NCBI GenBank assembly: GCA_030704615.1
Contig: CM060734.1
Location: 60,078,001 to 60,142,000 of the forward strand
Length of the DNA: 64,000 nucleotides
Reading direction: 5' to 3'
DNA from: Takakia lepidozioides
Taxonomy: Eukaryota > Plantae > Bryophyta
Shown here: positions 36,799 to 49,397 of the stretch, one piece after another
Layout of the letters: each line of letters opens with the position of its first letter
Position numbering within the stretch: position 1 is the stretch's first letter
The notes under the pieces: model-generated
The model's database searches: none
What the model was told of the DNA's origin: nothing
Seen by the model: the letters and a program-made list of their open reading frames with translations, nothing else
Position numbers and translations under genes: made by a program

Positions 36799-38141
36799 TG
36801 TCATGGTTTTAGTCATGGTTATCTAGAATTACCTACTTCTAGTTAACTAGGACATTTTAGATATTTATATTTATATTTTGTGTGTTGGGAATTCATTTGG
36901 TCTCACATGCCAAGTGAGATGTCGAGCCTCACTTGAGATATGGAGATAGGTTTTCCCCTTGTGAATGTTGAGGAGGCTCATCTTCTTGTAGTTGAGCCTC
37001 CATGAGCTTCTCTCACCTCCATAGCTCTAGGTATTGAGAGGGAGTGTGTTGAGGGCTTTGTAGGGTGGATTCATTTAGCAAAGGTGCCCTTGGCTTTACT
37101 TAGTTTATGTGATAGAGTGGATTTCACTTGGAAGGACTAGGGCTTGTTCTTCATGTGATTGCTTCATGCTTTGAGAGCTTTCATTGTCTTCTACTTCTCT
37201 CATTTCTCATTTCTTATCACTACAAGAAGATCACCTTATGCTTGTGAGTGCGGAGTGTAAGGATTAGTTTTGCACTTGTATTTTAAAGAGGTTGAGAGCT
37301 AGGAGAATTTAGCTCTTGTATCACAAGGCTTGCAAGGGGTTGCAAGGAAATGTGCTCAAGTATTGCACGCACCAAGGAGTTGGAGGCTTGAGAAGAAAGC
37401 TCTTGAGTCACAAGATTTTGCAAGGATTGTAAGGAGGAAGTCTTGTGTGTGTGGAAGCATGGATTCTAGGGTTTGAGAATCCTTTGTATGCATTATGGAG
37501 TCGATGGTGTGCGCCATGGCTTGTGGAGAGTGACTAAAGGCTTGTTAGTGCTCATTTCACTATCAAGCTAGGGTTAAGCAAGTTCAAAGTGTGGATGTTG
37601 TGGAAGAGAAGCCAAGGAGCTATATATGCTTGGGCTTGAAGACAACAAGGGCAAGCACTTGGAGAGCACTAAGAAGCTCAAGAGGTTTTGAAAGGGAGCA
37701 TGTGAAGAAATCTTCCAATCATGGTGGTGTGGAGCCAAGCTTAGGGTGCCATTGGAAGGGCTTGGAGAACATGTGGTGGGAAATCCTTGAAGGGAAATCA
37801 TTATTCAATGTATGCATAGCTTTACCCTAACTATGTAATGTGACAAGAGGGGGAGGCAATACTTGGCTATTCATGCTCTTGGTAGTGCGAGCTTTGTGGT
37901 GGATAGTTGACCAAGCAAGTGGTGCATGTGTGGAGCATGCTCGCTTGAGTTTGTAAGTTCAAGTTTGAGAAGGGAGCTCTTGAACTAGCAAGAGGTGAAG
38001 GCCTTTGAGATCCATTTGTGTGTGAAGTGGAGAGGTGTTGATTCATGTTATGATGAAGGAGAGCAATACATAGGCCAAGAGGTCATGGAACATGCATTCA
38101 AATGACCACGGGGAGCACATGGATGATGGATTGGTGCAAGA
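36799..38141. mobile_element. LTR-like fragment of another family inserted into the Tcn1-like 5' LTR
   Basis: Starts with TGTCA exactly where homology between the two Tcn1-like LTRs breaks. Non-coding. Distal end not defined. Confidence 0.45.
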
Positions 38142-38668
38142 TGTCGTGCGCATACGTATCGCTACACAACTACATCGCTGTCCAAACCACACCACACATA
38201 TATGCACAATAAAGTAGTCTGCCACAATGATAAGAAAAGCTAAGAACACACTCTTAACACAAGAAACATGAAATCCATCTCATCATCACTCTTTCAGATA
38301 ATAGTCGAGCCAGGGGCACCCCAAGCTATGGGGACTCCACCCCACAACAACCTATCCTCCCATCATAAGTACACTCAGTTCTAAACGATGAAGGAGCTCG
38401 GTCGCGCAGGCTCAACTCGAGAGAGATGAGCTGCGCGATTGACGCTCTCGTGAAGATAAGACAGTTCAGTTGTCAAACTAAACTTGACACCTGATTTAAC
38501 ACTTGACCTAAATCCAAGTGTTAAATACAAATAACTAGCTTTATTCTAGTTAGTTTCACACTGTGCTTATTTAACTTGACAGCTGTCGTGCGCATACGTA
38601 TCGCTACACAACTACATCGCTGTCCAAACCACACCACACATATATGCACAATAAAGTAGTCTGCCACA
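38142..38668 (-). repeat. 3' LTR region bounded by two identical 85-bp TG..CA repeats
   Basis: 38142-38226 is identical to 38584-38668. The PPT is adjacent to 38668. Confidence 0.8.
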
Positions 38669-38928
38669 ATCGCCCCCCTAGCTGGTGGATAGGTCCCTCT
38701 AACTCCAGATAGCTACAAGATGTAATAGCCACAACCGTACTAAGTCCTCTATCACTGTCCCTATTGTACTCAAACTCTAAAGACCAAGAGGCCGGGTACA
38801 AGAGTAGCCCCATCGTTAGTCGCCGTCTTGCAATCTGTGAACTTGAGCCAGGATCTCGTGTGTTCAAGGTCTCCTAGTAGCTTGGCCTTGCATTTCTTGT
38901 TAGCCTCCCATAGTTGTATCCACTCCCA

Positions 38929-39072
38929 CTATCCAATGCATTGTGGACATAACCAATCCCCATCCGGAACCATCTCAAGAGGTGGAGTCAAGCATCCCAT
39001 ATGCCAACCTCTAGAGCATTGATCACACACCAGCATGGTGGCTGCCCCTTTAGCAGACCCACACAACATGCA
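38929..39072 (-). other. PHD finger at the integrase C-terminus
   Basis: CMLC..MLVCDQCSRGWHMGCLTPPLEMVPDGDWLCPQC, a canonical C4HC3 pattern. Confidence 0.93.
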
Positions 39073-41909
39073 CCTCAAACTTGCAGATACCACTGCCAGG
39101 TTTGGGTCACATGGCGCACAATTACGCACATGGTCCTTCCAAGTTATGCCATCCCGACCCTCCAAGACCAAGACGCCTGAGGGCAAGACCTCTCGAACCC
39201 TCAAAATAACACGTCCTGCAGTCACATCCAAGGTCGTAGGAGCAGTCTGCTGCAGATAGACATAGTCACCAGGATTGAATCTCCGAACCCCAGGACGATA
39301 GCCCCCACCACGTATGGTAGCATACCTCAACGTATCACGGTGTTGTGCAATGGCAAGGTTCTCGAAAGCCATGGGCATGACTTTCTTGAATAACTCTGCA
39401 CGCTGCTCACATGCACGTGCCCACATGTCCGGATCATCAAGGTTAAGAACTGTAGCAGCTTCCCTGCGAATGGATGTAGGCAAATCCGGCTCTCGGCCAA
39501 AGAGAAGAAAGTATGGTGAGAAGGAGGCAAGTGATGCTTGCTTGCTGAACCTGTAGCCCATGGCTAACCAGGGTAACTGAAGGTCCCAATCTCCTAGGTT
39601 CCCTTCTGCAAGCCATACTTGCGCAAACCCCTCTTTACTGTCTGAACAACTCTCTCTGCCAAGCCATCGGTCTCAGGATGATCCCGAGAAGTGGTGCGGT
39701 GGTCTATCAAGGCCTTGTCACACAAAGCCTGAAACTCCCCCAAGAACTCTCTCCCTTGGTCCGTGAGTACCTCAGCTGGAACACCGAATCGGCTAAGCAC
39801 ACAATCCAAGAATGCATACGCAGCTCCCTCACTAGCCTTATCAGGCAATAGAACCAACTCAATCCAATTGGAGAAGTGCTCCACCATCACCAACACGTAC
39901 TTGTTGTGGCGCATGGTCAGTGGCAACGGCCATGCGAAGTCAAGACTCCACCTGTAGCCCAATCCCATGATCGGAAGAGGGTGCAATTGTGGAGTAGGGG
40001 CGTTGAATGAAGCACGCACCCTGTCACACACCATGCACCTAGCCACAAATTGTTGCACCTCTGTGTGCATACCACGCCACCAATACTGCCCCTGCAGTAG
40101 ACTATGAGTGCGTCGCACCCCAAAATGTCCCAACTCCTCATGGGCATGCCGCACTAACCGTGCCCGCTGTGTTGGGTGAGGCACAATCCTCACTCGACCA
40201 TCCTCCCACATTCGGAGCAGGTGTGTCCCCTCCCACTTGAACCTCTTGGCTCGTTGTAGGATCCGATCCCTCTCCTTGGCAGTCACAGTGGCTGCCGTGT
40301 CTCCAGTGCGAAGATAGTCCAACACAGCTGAATCCTCATGTATATCTTTGGCGCCACCTTGCTCATTGCTGGCCTCAGGGTCCTCAGACACTTGATCCAC
40401 AGTCATCCCTGTTGCAGGTCCAACCTGGCCTTCCGCTGCCAAGATACACAGAAATGCAGATGCATGCCATCCGGGCACCATCTCCTCGTCCGTCTCACCA
40501 TGCCACCGAACTCCAGTGTCATTCTACTGGCTCGTGCATGGATTGTGACTCAACCCATCTGCATTGCGATTGATCAAACCCGGTCGATGCACCACCTGAA
40601 AGTCATACTCTTGAAGGATGAGTGCCCACCATGCAAGCTTCCCTGTAAGCTTGTCTGACTCCATCAACCACTTGAGTGGTTGGTGATCCGTGACAAGGGT
40701 GAAGAGATTGCCATATAGCTAGCACCTGAAGTGTGCCACGGCCCACACTGCAGCTAAGCATTCTCCCTCATATGAGCTATACTTAGACTCAGCAGCATTG
40801 TTTGAGCGGCTAGCGTAAGCCACTACGAACTCTCTTCCCTCATCATCCACCTGTGTGAGCACCGCTCCAAGCCCCAACATGCTCCAATCCGTATGCAGCT
40901 GAAAAGGACGCCCCCTGATAGGTCGTCTCAAGATGGGCGCCGAGGTCAACCTCGCCTTGAGCTCTTGAAAAGCTTGTTCTTGCTCATCTTCCCACTGCCA
41001 CTCCTGGTCCACCTTGGTCAGCTTGGTTAGAGCCTTTGCAATGGCACTAAATCCCTTAACAAACCATCTATAATAGTTTGTTAATCCCATGAAAGTTCGA
41101 ACTCGGCTCACATCCGTGGGGTGTGGAACCTGTGCAATGGACTCTACCTTAGTCTGCTGTATCCCCAATCCTCCAGGATATATCATGTGACCCAGATACT
41201 CAATCTGGTTGTGGAAAAACTTGCACTTTCCCGGAGGTAACTTCAATCCGTGCGCCCTCAAGCGCTCAAATACCCCCTGAAGGTGTCTCTCATGCTCTTC
41301 CACCATAGCACTAAAGATGATGATGTCATCTATGTAGCACCGAGCAAACTCCACCCCTGCTAGAATCCTGTCCATGACTCTTTGAAACTCTGTCGGAGCG
41401 TTCTTAAGCCCAAATGGTAAGAACCGCCACTGGTATAGGCAATCATTCCCGTGCTCATTGATCCCCCAGAATGCCGTCTTTTGCTTATCCGCCTCCTTGA
41501 TCGGCAACTGGTGATATCCGGATCGTAAATCCAACGTGCTAAAGACCTTGGCATGTCCAATGGCATCAAAGATCTCCTCTGGTGTTGGCATGGCATACCT
41601 ATCGGACTTGGTCTGACGATTTACAGGCCGGTAATCACCGCACATACGTCTCTCCGTCCAATTGCCAAAGACATCCTTCTTGGCTGGCATCACTGTGGCT
41701 GAAGCATACTCTCCCCCAGATAGCTCCACCAAACCAGCCTCCCAAAGGTCTTGAGTTCTCATCTGAATCAAGGACCTCTCCATGTCACTGTATCTATAGG
41801 GTCTCCGAAAAATTGGCGTGTCAGTAGCCAATTCAATGCGAATCTCTTGACCCTTCAGTGCTCCTAAGTCCTTCAAACTGAAGGCAAAGCAGTTCCTGTA
41901 AGCCCTCAA
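38929..41909 (-). pseudogene. pol: RT-RNase H-integrase-PHD portion of pol
   Basis: ORFs 40719..41909, 39594..40481 and 38929..39561, separated by a few stops and frameshifts. Confidence 0.92.
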
Positions 41910-42339
41910 GAACCGCCGTATACGTCGTCTCTCTCCTCCGGTGACTATAGGTCCAACATCAGGCTCCCAGTTGTCCTCCGTGACTGCAACCTTGAGTCCA
42001 GCAGGCTTAGAGGTAGAAGACGCGTCCCGTGGTTGCTATGTTGCAACCTCTTGAGCAGTGACCACTGCCTCCTCTGTCAGTGACAATGTCTCATCCTGCC
42101 CCATCATCCCATCCTTGAGGACCTCCTCAATCCGAGAAAAATCCCCAAGCTGATCCATCACCGCCGCCTTGGCTGCCAACTCCTTCTGAACCTCAAGCAC
42201 CTCCCACGTGTGCCATGGATGCGACCTGCACCTCGTGGTCCTCACCTGCTCGCCCCCACTCGCTGCCTGTACCGTCTCGGTAGGCAGGGAGACCATGAAG
42301 GGAAGTGTACTCCGTACTCTGCGCTGCTCAGCCATAGCC

Positions 42340-43285
42340 AAGCTGATAATCCAGGTCAAGCAATTGAGATCCATTGCTTGCCCCAACACCTGACGATGTG
42401 ATGCCTCAGAAAGAGATGGCACCGCCATGGTACCAGTGGTAAAACCCATTGCCCGCTCGCGCTCGTCAGCATTGGGCTCCACTAATTGTTGCAACTGGCT
42501 ATCCCACAAGAGGCCAGGTCCACCATCCCGAAAAGCATGGGATCCTGGGAAGCTGAGCAGTGTAGGTAATGCTGCTCGTGGTTGACCCACCCTGTTGACC
42601 ACTGCCACGGTCATCGTGTCTCACACGTTGAGACTGCCTCCTTGTGTCCAAAATGCTATCCACTGTGAGGTGTGTTGGCCGCTGCACCCCATCAAATGCA
42701 CGCTTGAGCAGTGTGGGTGGCATCAAGTTAGTCCACCATAACCGTGGACAATGAGCCCGTGATCCCACTGCAGCTGCATCCAGCAACACTGCTGACCCAA
42801 GCCACGACCGGACTTGATGCACACTGGCCATCACCCTAGCCCGAGAATCACCCATCAGTGGCACATTCTCCAAGATGTATGCTGGAGATACAGCTTGATG
42901 AAGCTGCAAGTGGCGCAAAACCCGCACCATCTCCCAAAATAGACCCGTCCTCGAGTCTCGCAATCCATTGCCATGCCCGGCTGATGAATGCCCTTGGCAG
43001 GGCCAACCTGCCACTACCAGATCAATGGAGCCAACCTGCTCCAAATCCTGCGCCCCCAGCAACGAAATGTCTGCTTACAAGGCTTGTTGGTATCCACGAA
43101 CTGCAGACACTGGCAACAAATCAGGGTACTGCTGTACCATCTGAGCAACATGGCGCAGTGAGACGTGTCGTGCAGTCTCATCCCTCTCCACATACAGGTA
43201 ACGTCGAACTCGTACACCTGCCTGCAGTACTGCGGCCAATCCAGTGCTGATCCCGCCAAACAAGTCCAGAAGGCATATGCCTTCA
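42340..43285 (-). pseudogene. C5-cytosine DNA methyltransferase domain within pol
   Basis: Motif I LLDLFGGISTG, II YVERD, III ADIS, IV GWPCQGHS, V LRDSRTGLF, VI ILENV, VIII HCPRLWWTN, IX ERERAMGF, X LGQAMD. One stop (43075) and one frameshift (~42610). Confidence 0.93.
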
Positions 43286-43599
43286 TCCGGGCAGTGCCAT
43301 ACAAGAGGTGTGGTATCCAATGGCGACAACTGAGGTGGTCCTGGTGCAATCACCGCACTCTCCTCTTCTCCTGACGGTACGAAGGCCTCTACCCAGGCTT
43401 GTTGCACCCGTCCATCAGCAGCCTGCTGCAAATCCTTGCTCGTACCCCACAATGGAGTGTGAGCAACCATGGCAGGCAACTCCGCCGTATCATGCATGTC
43501 ATCCTGCTCTGCTGAAGGTGGCACATCCTCTGCATGGGCATTGCCTTCCAGCAACTCTCCAGGCCAACTAACTGCAGCTGTAAAGGCGGCTAGTGTTGG

Positions 43600-44413
43600 C
43601 ATCCTGCCCCGCTGGGCAGCCGCAATACCTCCAATAAATATCACAGGGAGCTGTACACGACGACCCTCCCCTGACTGCCATCCAGGCCTATAAGAAGCTG
43701 ACTCCTCCCAAAAATCCAGGGTGAAGCCCATGGGGTACAACACTGCCCCACCAACCAGGACATCGTACGAGACCGCGTCTGTCACAATGGCCTTGGCTCG
43801 CATCACTGAGCCATCTGTAGGGTGATCCGGCTGTAGTCCAATGGCCAACTCACCGTGTCATGCCCCGAGCCTGCTCTGATCCTCCCAAAGATGTCTGTAT
43901 CTGGAAAGAACAAGGCTCCATATCCGCCTCCATGAGGCCCAAACGTGCAATAGCAGCTCTGCCCAACATCAGTGGCTGAGCTCCCGAGTCCAACAAGACC
44001 CGCAGTGGCCGGTACTTCTTACCTGCCGGTCCACTCAAAATGAAAATGCCATCCTGGTTGTCTAACAAGACAACTCCAGGTGTCACCATGGCGCGCTCAA
44101 AGGCTGGCCTAGCTGGCAGCTCCGTCAACCTGACAGCTGCAGCTTGCCATGGCGCAGCCGTGGCAATCTTGACCCTCAAATCCGAGGATCCCTCTGCCAC
44201 TACACCTTCCACTAACTCCGCAGAAGATGAAGTGACCTCCCCACTCTCACAGAGTGTTGCTGCTAGTCTGAACACTGCAGCTGGTCTTATCCCCGGCGTC
44301 GCAATCATGGTTGCTGAGAACAGTGGGGCTTGACACACAGAGGTGGCTGCCCCCAACAACACATCGGCTGCACTAGCCTTAGTAGCAAGTGTCAGTGATG
44401 CACGTGTAGGCAT
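43600..44413 (-). pseudogene. Aspartic protease region of the DNMT-bearing element
   Basis: VLLDSGAQP...YDVLVGGAVL, in the same frame as MTase motif I in ORF 43075..43848. Confidence 0.8.
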
Positions 44414-45141
44414 TTTTATGGGTTCTGTGGAGTCTGGGACTTAGACACTTCTATGGGTTCTGAGGGGTACCCTTAATTTTTTGAGATAGACCGTCACAGC
44501 CATACACAGCCCATCACAGTCAGTCACAGCCCGACATAGTCATAGCCCGTCACAGCCATACACAGCCAGTCACAGCCCAACACAACCCGATACAGCCGTC
44601 ACAGTCTGACACAGTCGCACAGTCAGTCACAGCTGTCACAGTCATAGGGAACGGTTATCATGACAGGGAACGACTGTGGGGAACAACATCTGCCGGGGAA
44701 CATGTAATTCACGGAGGACGGTTAGTGAAGGAAAACGGTTAGAACAGCGCGTAAGGAGATAAAGCGGGCAGCGGAGACGAGAGGGGGGACTTTTTTGGGA
44801 CGGAGATCACTCCTGGGGGAGGACTGAGATCGAAGGAAGGGAAGCTGGCGAGGAGGAAGGAGATACTATAGGACAGAGTTAGTACGAGATGTAGGATTAC
44901 TTAGAGGGATAGATTAGAGAAGTTAGGACATCAGCATGTATCCGATTATGATTAATCTGATTCTCATCCGATACAAACACCTTGTGTTGAGAGACTTGAG
45001 TGAAGCTGTGTATGAATGAAATCAGGGGGGCCCAAAGAAGCAATCTGACGCTTCAAAAGATACTTGGTCAAGATAAACAGGGAATATAAACTGATAAGGA
45101 ATGTAATTGGAAACCCAACAATGATTCACTAGCTGCAGGTC

Positions 45142-45783
45142 ATGACTGATTGTTTCACGCGGGCTGAATGCTTAGAGATATCCAACTCTTCTATCTTGGA
45201 GTTTCCCCCTCGGATAGCGAAGGGATGGGTGAGTAAAAGCCGTGTGACATTTGGCGACCATACTGGGGAACTGAGTCATGAACAACCAGATGTGACAGGC
45301 ATCTGGTGGGATCATGGTGGTTGGAGGATTAAAGAATTTGATGTGAATCAAATTCCCTGTGGAACGAAGGAAGAAAGATTGTCCAAACAATTCTTTCAAA
45401 GGTTCTTGGAATTGCCAGACGGTTGTAAAGAAAATATTCTTAAGCGAGTGCATGATGCTGATCCGGAATGGGGTCTGGAGAAAGGAGTGATAAAGATTTA
45501 TCAGGTAGCCTGTAGAGGAAGAGCACGGTGGTTACCAACATTGGTTTATGTGATAGCCTTGCTATCTATTAAGCGGGTAGAGTTTGAAAGCTGGGAGGAA
45601 AGGAAAGTGAATGTTTACACTCATATGCATGAGGAGCTTGTATTGGTAAAGAATTGGATTCCAAAGGATATCTTGTGGATCAAACTTACACCAAGAACAG
45701 CTTTTCAGACTTGTTTACCATATGGTTATAGAATTTTGGTTGTTGCCACACTAAAAGAAATGAAAGATATGGAACATGAGTGA
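45142..45783 (+). pseudogene. ORF0 of copy B (internal deletion near the 3' end)
   Basis: Near-identical to ORF 10478..11173. The EFWLLPH* ending has been shifted out of frame by a deletion. Confidence 0.65.
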
Positions 45784-48700
45784 TGAAAGAGAAGCTAGAC
45801 TCCAAAGATATTCAGCAAAAAGAGAAAGTTATCTGAAAGCTCATTATCCATACCTGTGGGAGAGAGGAATAGACATTGGGGAATCATTTGGACCTCTCAC
45901 ACCATTGAGATCAGGGAGTACATCACCTATACCAGAGGAGCTAGAGTTGGATACCACACCTTCTTTTTCTTTGCAAGAAAGATTAAGGGACTTGGCAGAG
46001 GAAGAAGATCAACCACGAGGTGAAAGATCTGAGGTACATCCCTGGATAAAAGATTTGGCAGAAATCTTTGATAAGAGTTGGCATGGAACACCAAGAGCAG
46101 GAACTCCAGTTTCGGGAGCAAAAGATGAGGATACAGAACCAGCGGAGAGTTCAAACTCTCCAACATTATTACAAAATAGTTACATGAGTGAAGAAGAAGA
46201 AAACCAAGGGCAGAACTTGGAAGATGAAAACAGGAAAAAGAAATTGGAAGATGAGGAATATAAAGAAGTAGACCCAGCAGCTGAGGTTGAGACTACAACC
46301 AGGACATCCCAACCCGTTGGACCTGGATCAAGTGGAGCACTTGGATCACAGGCCAACGAAGGTGTCGGCTCAGAGGGATCAGGCGAAAGACCTGGATCTG
46401 GCTCTGGGGGGACAGGGAGTGTGGAAAGTAGTGCAACTGAGGCTGGGAATACTGTGAATATAGAAAGGCCAGGAGCAGGAAGGGCTCAGGGGCCAGTAAT
46501 TGGTGGAAGAACCACCACAAATACTACAGGTCCACAGGGACCAGCATCAGCCAAAGGGCCAACAACTGTTAGGGGGCAGGGTGTAGGGTTGCAGATGGCG
46601 TTACAACCAATACGGGCTAAACCACCTTTTCCAATATATTCAGGGAAAGGGGATCCTGATGTACACATTAGCCAATTTGAGCACATGTGTATAGTGAACA
46701 ATGAGAATGGCAATGATGCCAAGATGAGACTGTTTCCGTGTTCACTTATAAAGAAAGCCAGTGAATGGTATGCAAGATTCCCTGATAATCATTTCCTAAC
46801 CTGGAATGGCTTGAGTACAGCGTTCCGAAATAGGTTCAGGACCAGTAAAACTGAGGATGAAGTGTATGGGAGTTTACAACAGCTGAAGCAGAAGAAGCAT
46901 GAAACTGTTGAAGAGTATATGGAGAAAATGGAGTTGATGATGAAAAAGTTGGCTACTATACCAGCACCAGGATTGCAGAAGGCTTGGTTTGTGAATGGAC
47001 TAAGGCCAGAGTTGCAAAAGAAAGTAGACATGTTACCCCACAATACAGTGGAGGAGGCATTTGAAACAGCAAACAGAATTGAGCAGTTGGGAATGCTCAA
47101 GAAGGAGAAAAGAGATGAAGAGGACTCTGAGGATGAGTCAGAAGAAGAAGAGGAGATGGAGCATAAAAAGAAGAGTAAAAAGAAGGAAAAGATGAAGAGG
47201 GAAAATTATGAGAAGAGATTAGAAGAAATCTTGAAAAAGTATGCCACAGAGGCTGCAACACATTGGAGGAAGGGTGTTTGGTGTGCAAAATGCCAGAATG
47301 AAGGCCACACCACTACTGAATGCCACATGAAGGAGAAACATTGCACTATCTGTAAAATAGATAACCATTCTACTGAGAATTGTTACTACAACAGAAGAAC
47401 AGCAGTAAGAGAGCCTAGGCAGGTAAGGGTGCATCAAGTGCAACCCCAGCCAAGAAGAAACAATGATCAAGACCACTATGGTAGGACAGGTGGTTATAAC
47501 AATGGCATGGAAAGGAGAGGTAATCCAAGAGGGAATTACCAGGGACATCCCAGGGGTGGCTATCAGGGTAATCCAAGAGGGAATTACCAGCCAGGGAATC
47601 AGGATTACAGAAATAATCCCAGAACAGACCAAGGGCGAGGACCCAATGGAGAAGAACTGTGTTACTATTGTAATCAGGCAGGACATCGTAAGGCGGCTTG
47701 TCCATTCTGGATCAGACACCAAAATGAGATGAGAGCTCCTGGGAATGAGGGGCCAGTAGTGGCAGCCCACATGGTTAGGCCATGTATTGTACCGGAAGTG
47801 AGTACAATGATAGTAACAAGAAGCAGAGCCAAATTAGTACCTCCAGTGAAAGATGAAGTTGTTGATAATGAAGATGGCAGTGATGTGCCTGAAGATGATG
47901 AGGCTTGGAGAGATGAGAAAGAACTGCACAAGGAAGTGGCGGATACCATACAGGAAATGCAGAAGAGTACTGATATTCCCATGGTAGACTCCTCAGACTC
48001 TGAAGGAGAAGAAGAAGTCAGTGAGGAAGAAGGAAAGAGGGAAGCTGCAGAAGTGCAGGGTAAGGAAGGGACATTGGCTGAAGTGATATGCCAGTCCAAA
48101 GTGGAAATTACCATTGGACAGCTATTAGCTGTGGCACCTTATTGTAGACACAGGCTGTATCAAGCAATCAACAGGATTGCCCATTTGACAGAGAACATAG
48201 ACCTGAACAGCAAGGTGACAAGTTATAATGTGAGGCCAGAAGGGCAAGAAACAGTCATGGATTTTGATGATTCTATGCCAGTTATCCAGTTGAGAATTGG
48301 AAGCACAGAGCTGGCAGATGTACTGATAGATGGAGGCTCTGGTGTGAATATCATGACAGACCAATTGAGGCAGAAGCTAGGTCTAAACAACATGAAACCA
48401 GCCCCATTTACAGTAACCATGGCAGACCAAAGGAGTGTACAGCCATTGGGATTGATCAGAGGAGTTAAAATCCAGATTCAAGAGATGATCTTTAAGATCA
48501 CAGTAACTGTGTTGAAGATGAATGAAGTCCTGGAAGCTTATTCCTTATTGTTGGGAAGACCATGGCTGAAACAGGCCAAGGTGTCTCATGATTGGAATTC
48601 ACAGTTACTGACTGTGTAGGATGGGTTGAACAAGATACAAATCACCAATAAGAAATCTGAAAGACTATCTGCTACAAGAAGACCAAGAGGGGTCAGAGAG

Positions 48701-49397
48701 TATGATTGGAAAGAAGGACTGGATGAGGAACAGGAAGTTACTTTGTTCGCTGCACACCCAGAGTGGGAACAGGTTGCAGAGATGCAATTAGAAGGCCTGA
48801 GTTGTTTAAAAAATATCTACTGTGGTGCAGTGACAACAACCCCAATTGAGGAGGAAATAAATAGTTACCCACCACATTTTTATGAGGAAAGGGAAGGAGA
48901 GATTGATATCCTAGAGGAACCAGCCACTGTAAGTCTACAGGATGAAATAGTAACTGGTTGGACAATCACAGCTGATGAGCAGGTGAGGGAAGTGAATGTG
49001 GGAACTGAGAAGGAACCATCTAGAGCCAAAATTGAAGCAAAGAGTCTGTTCATTAAATACATAGATGTATTTGCTTGGAGCTATGAGGATCTGAAGGGGA
49101 TACCACCTGAGATCTGTCAACATAAGATTGAACTGGAACCAGGATCAATACCAGTTAAACAGGCGAGATACAGGATGAATCCCAACTATGCAGAGAAGGT
49201 TGGAGAAGAGATCAAAAAGTTGGCTGAAGCTAAATTTATATACCCGATAGAGTACACAACTTGGTTGTCACCCATTGTGATAGTCCCCAAGAAAAATGGC
49301 AAACTAAGAGTTTGTGTGAACTACAAGAAGCTGAATGCTTGTACGAGGAAGGATCCTTTTCCTCTACCATTCACAGAAGCAGTATTGGACACTGTGG
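45776..49397 (+). CDS. gag-pol: gag-protease (947-aa open frame) plus truncated RT
   Basis: Acidic N-terminal extension, capsid, three CCHC knuckles, LIDGGSG protease, stop at 48619, RT start WLSPIVIVPKKNGKLRVC. Confidence 0.9.

Larger units (their letters stand above)
38142..44413 (-). mobile_element. Ty3/gypsy retrotransposon encoding a C5 DNA methyltransferase and a PHD finger (5'-truncated)
   Basis: Order is protease (LLDSGAQP) - C5 MTase - RT (YIDD) - RNase H (HTDWS) - integrase (HHCC, WSLDF, TDQGREF, GLAER) - PHD - PPT (TAGGGGGGCG) - TG..CA repeat. Confidence 0.92.
44414..49397 (+). mobile_element. 'CACAGC' gypsy family copy B (partial LTR to 45249, PBS, ORF0, gag-pro, start of RT)
   Basis: Colinear with copy A. 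Interrupted at 49397 by copy C in the opposite orientation. Confidence 0.92.
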
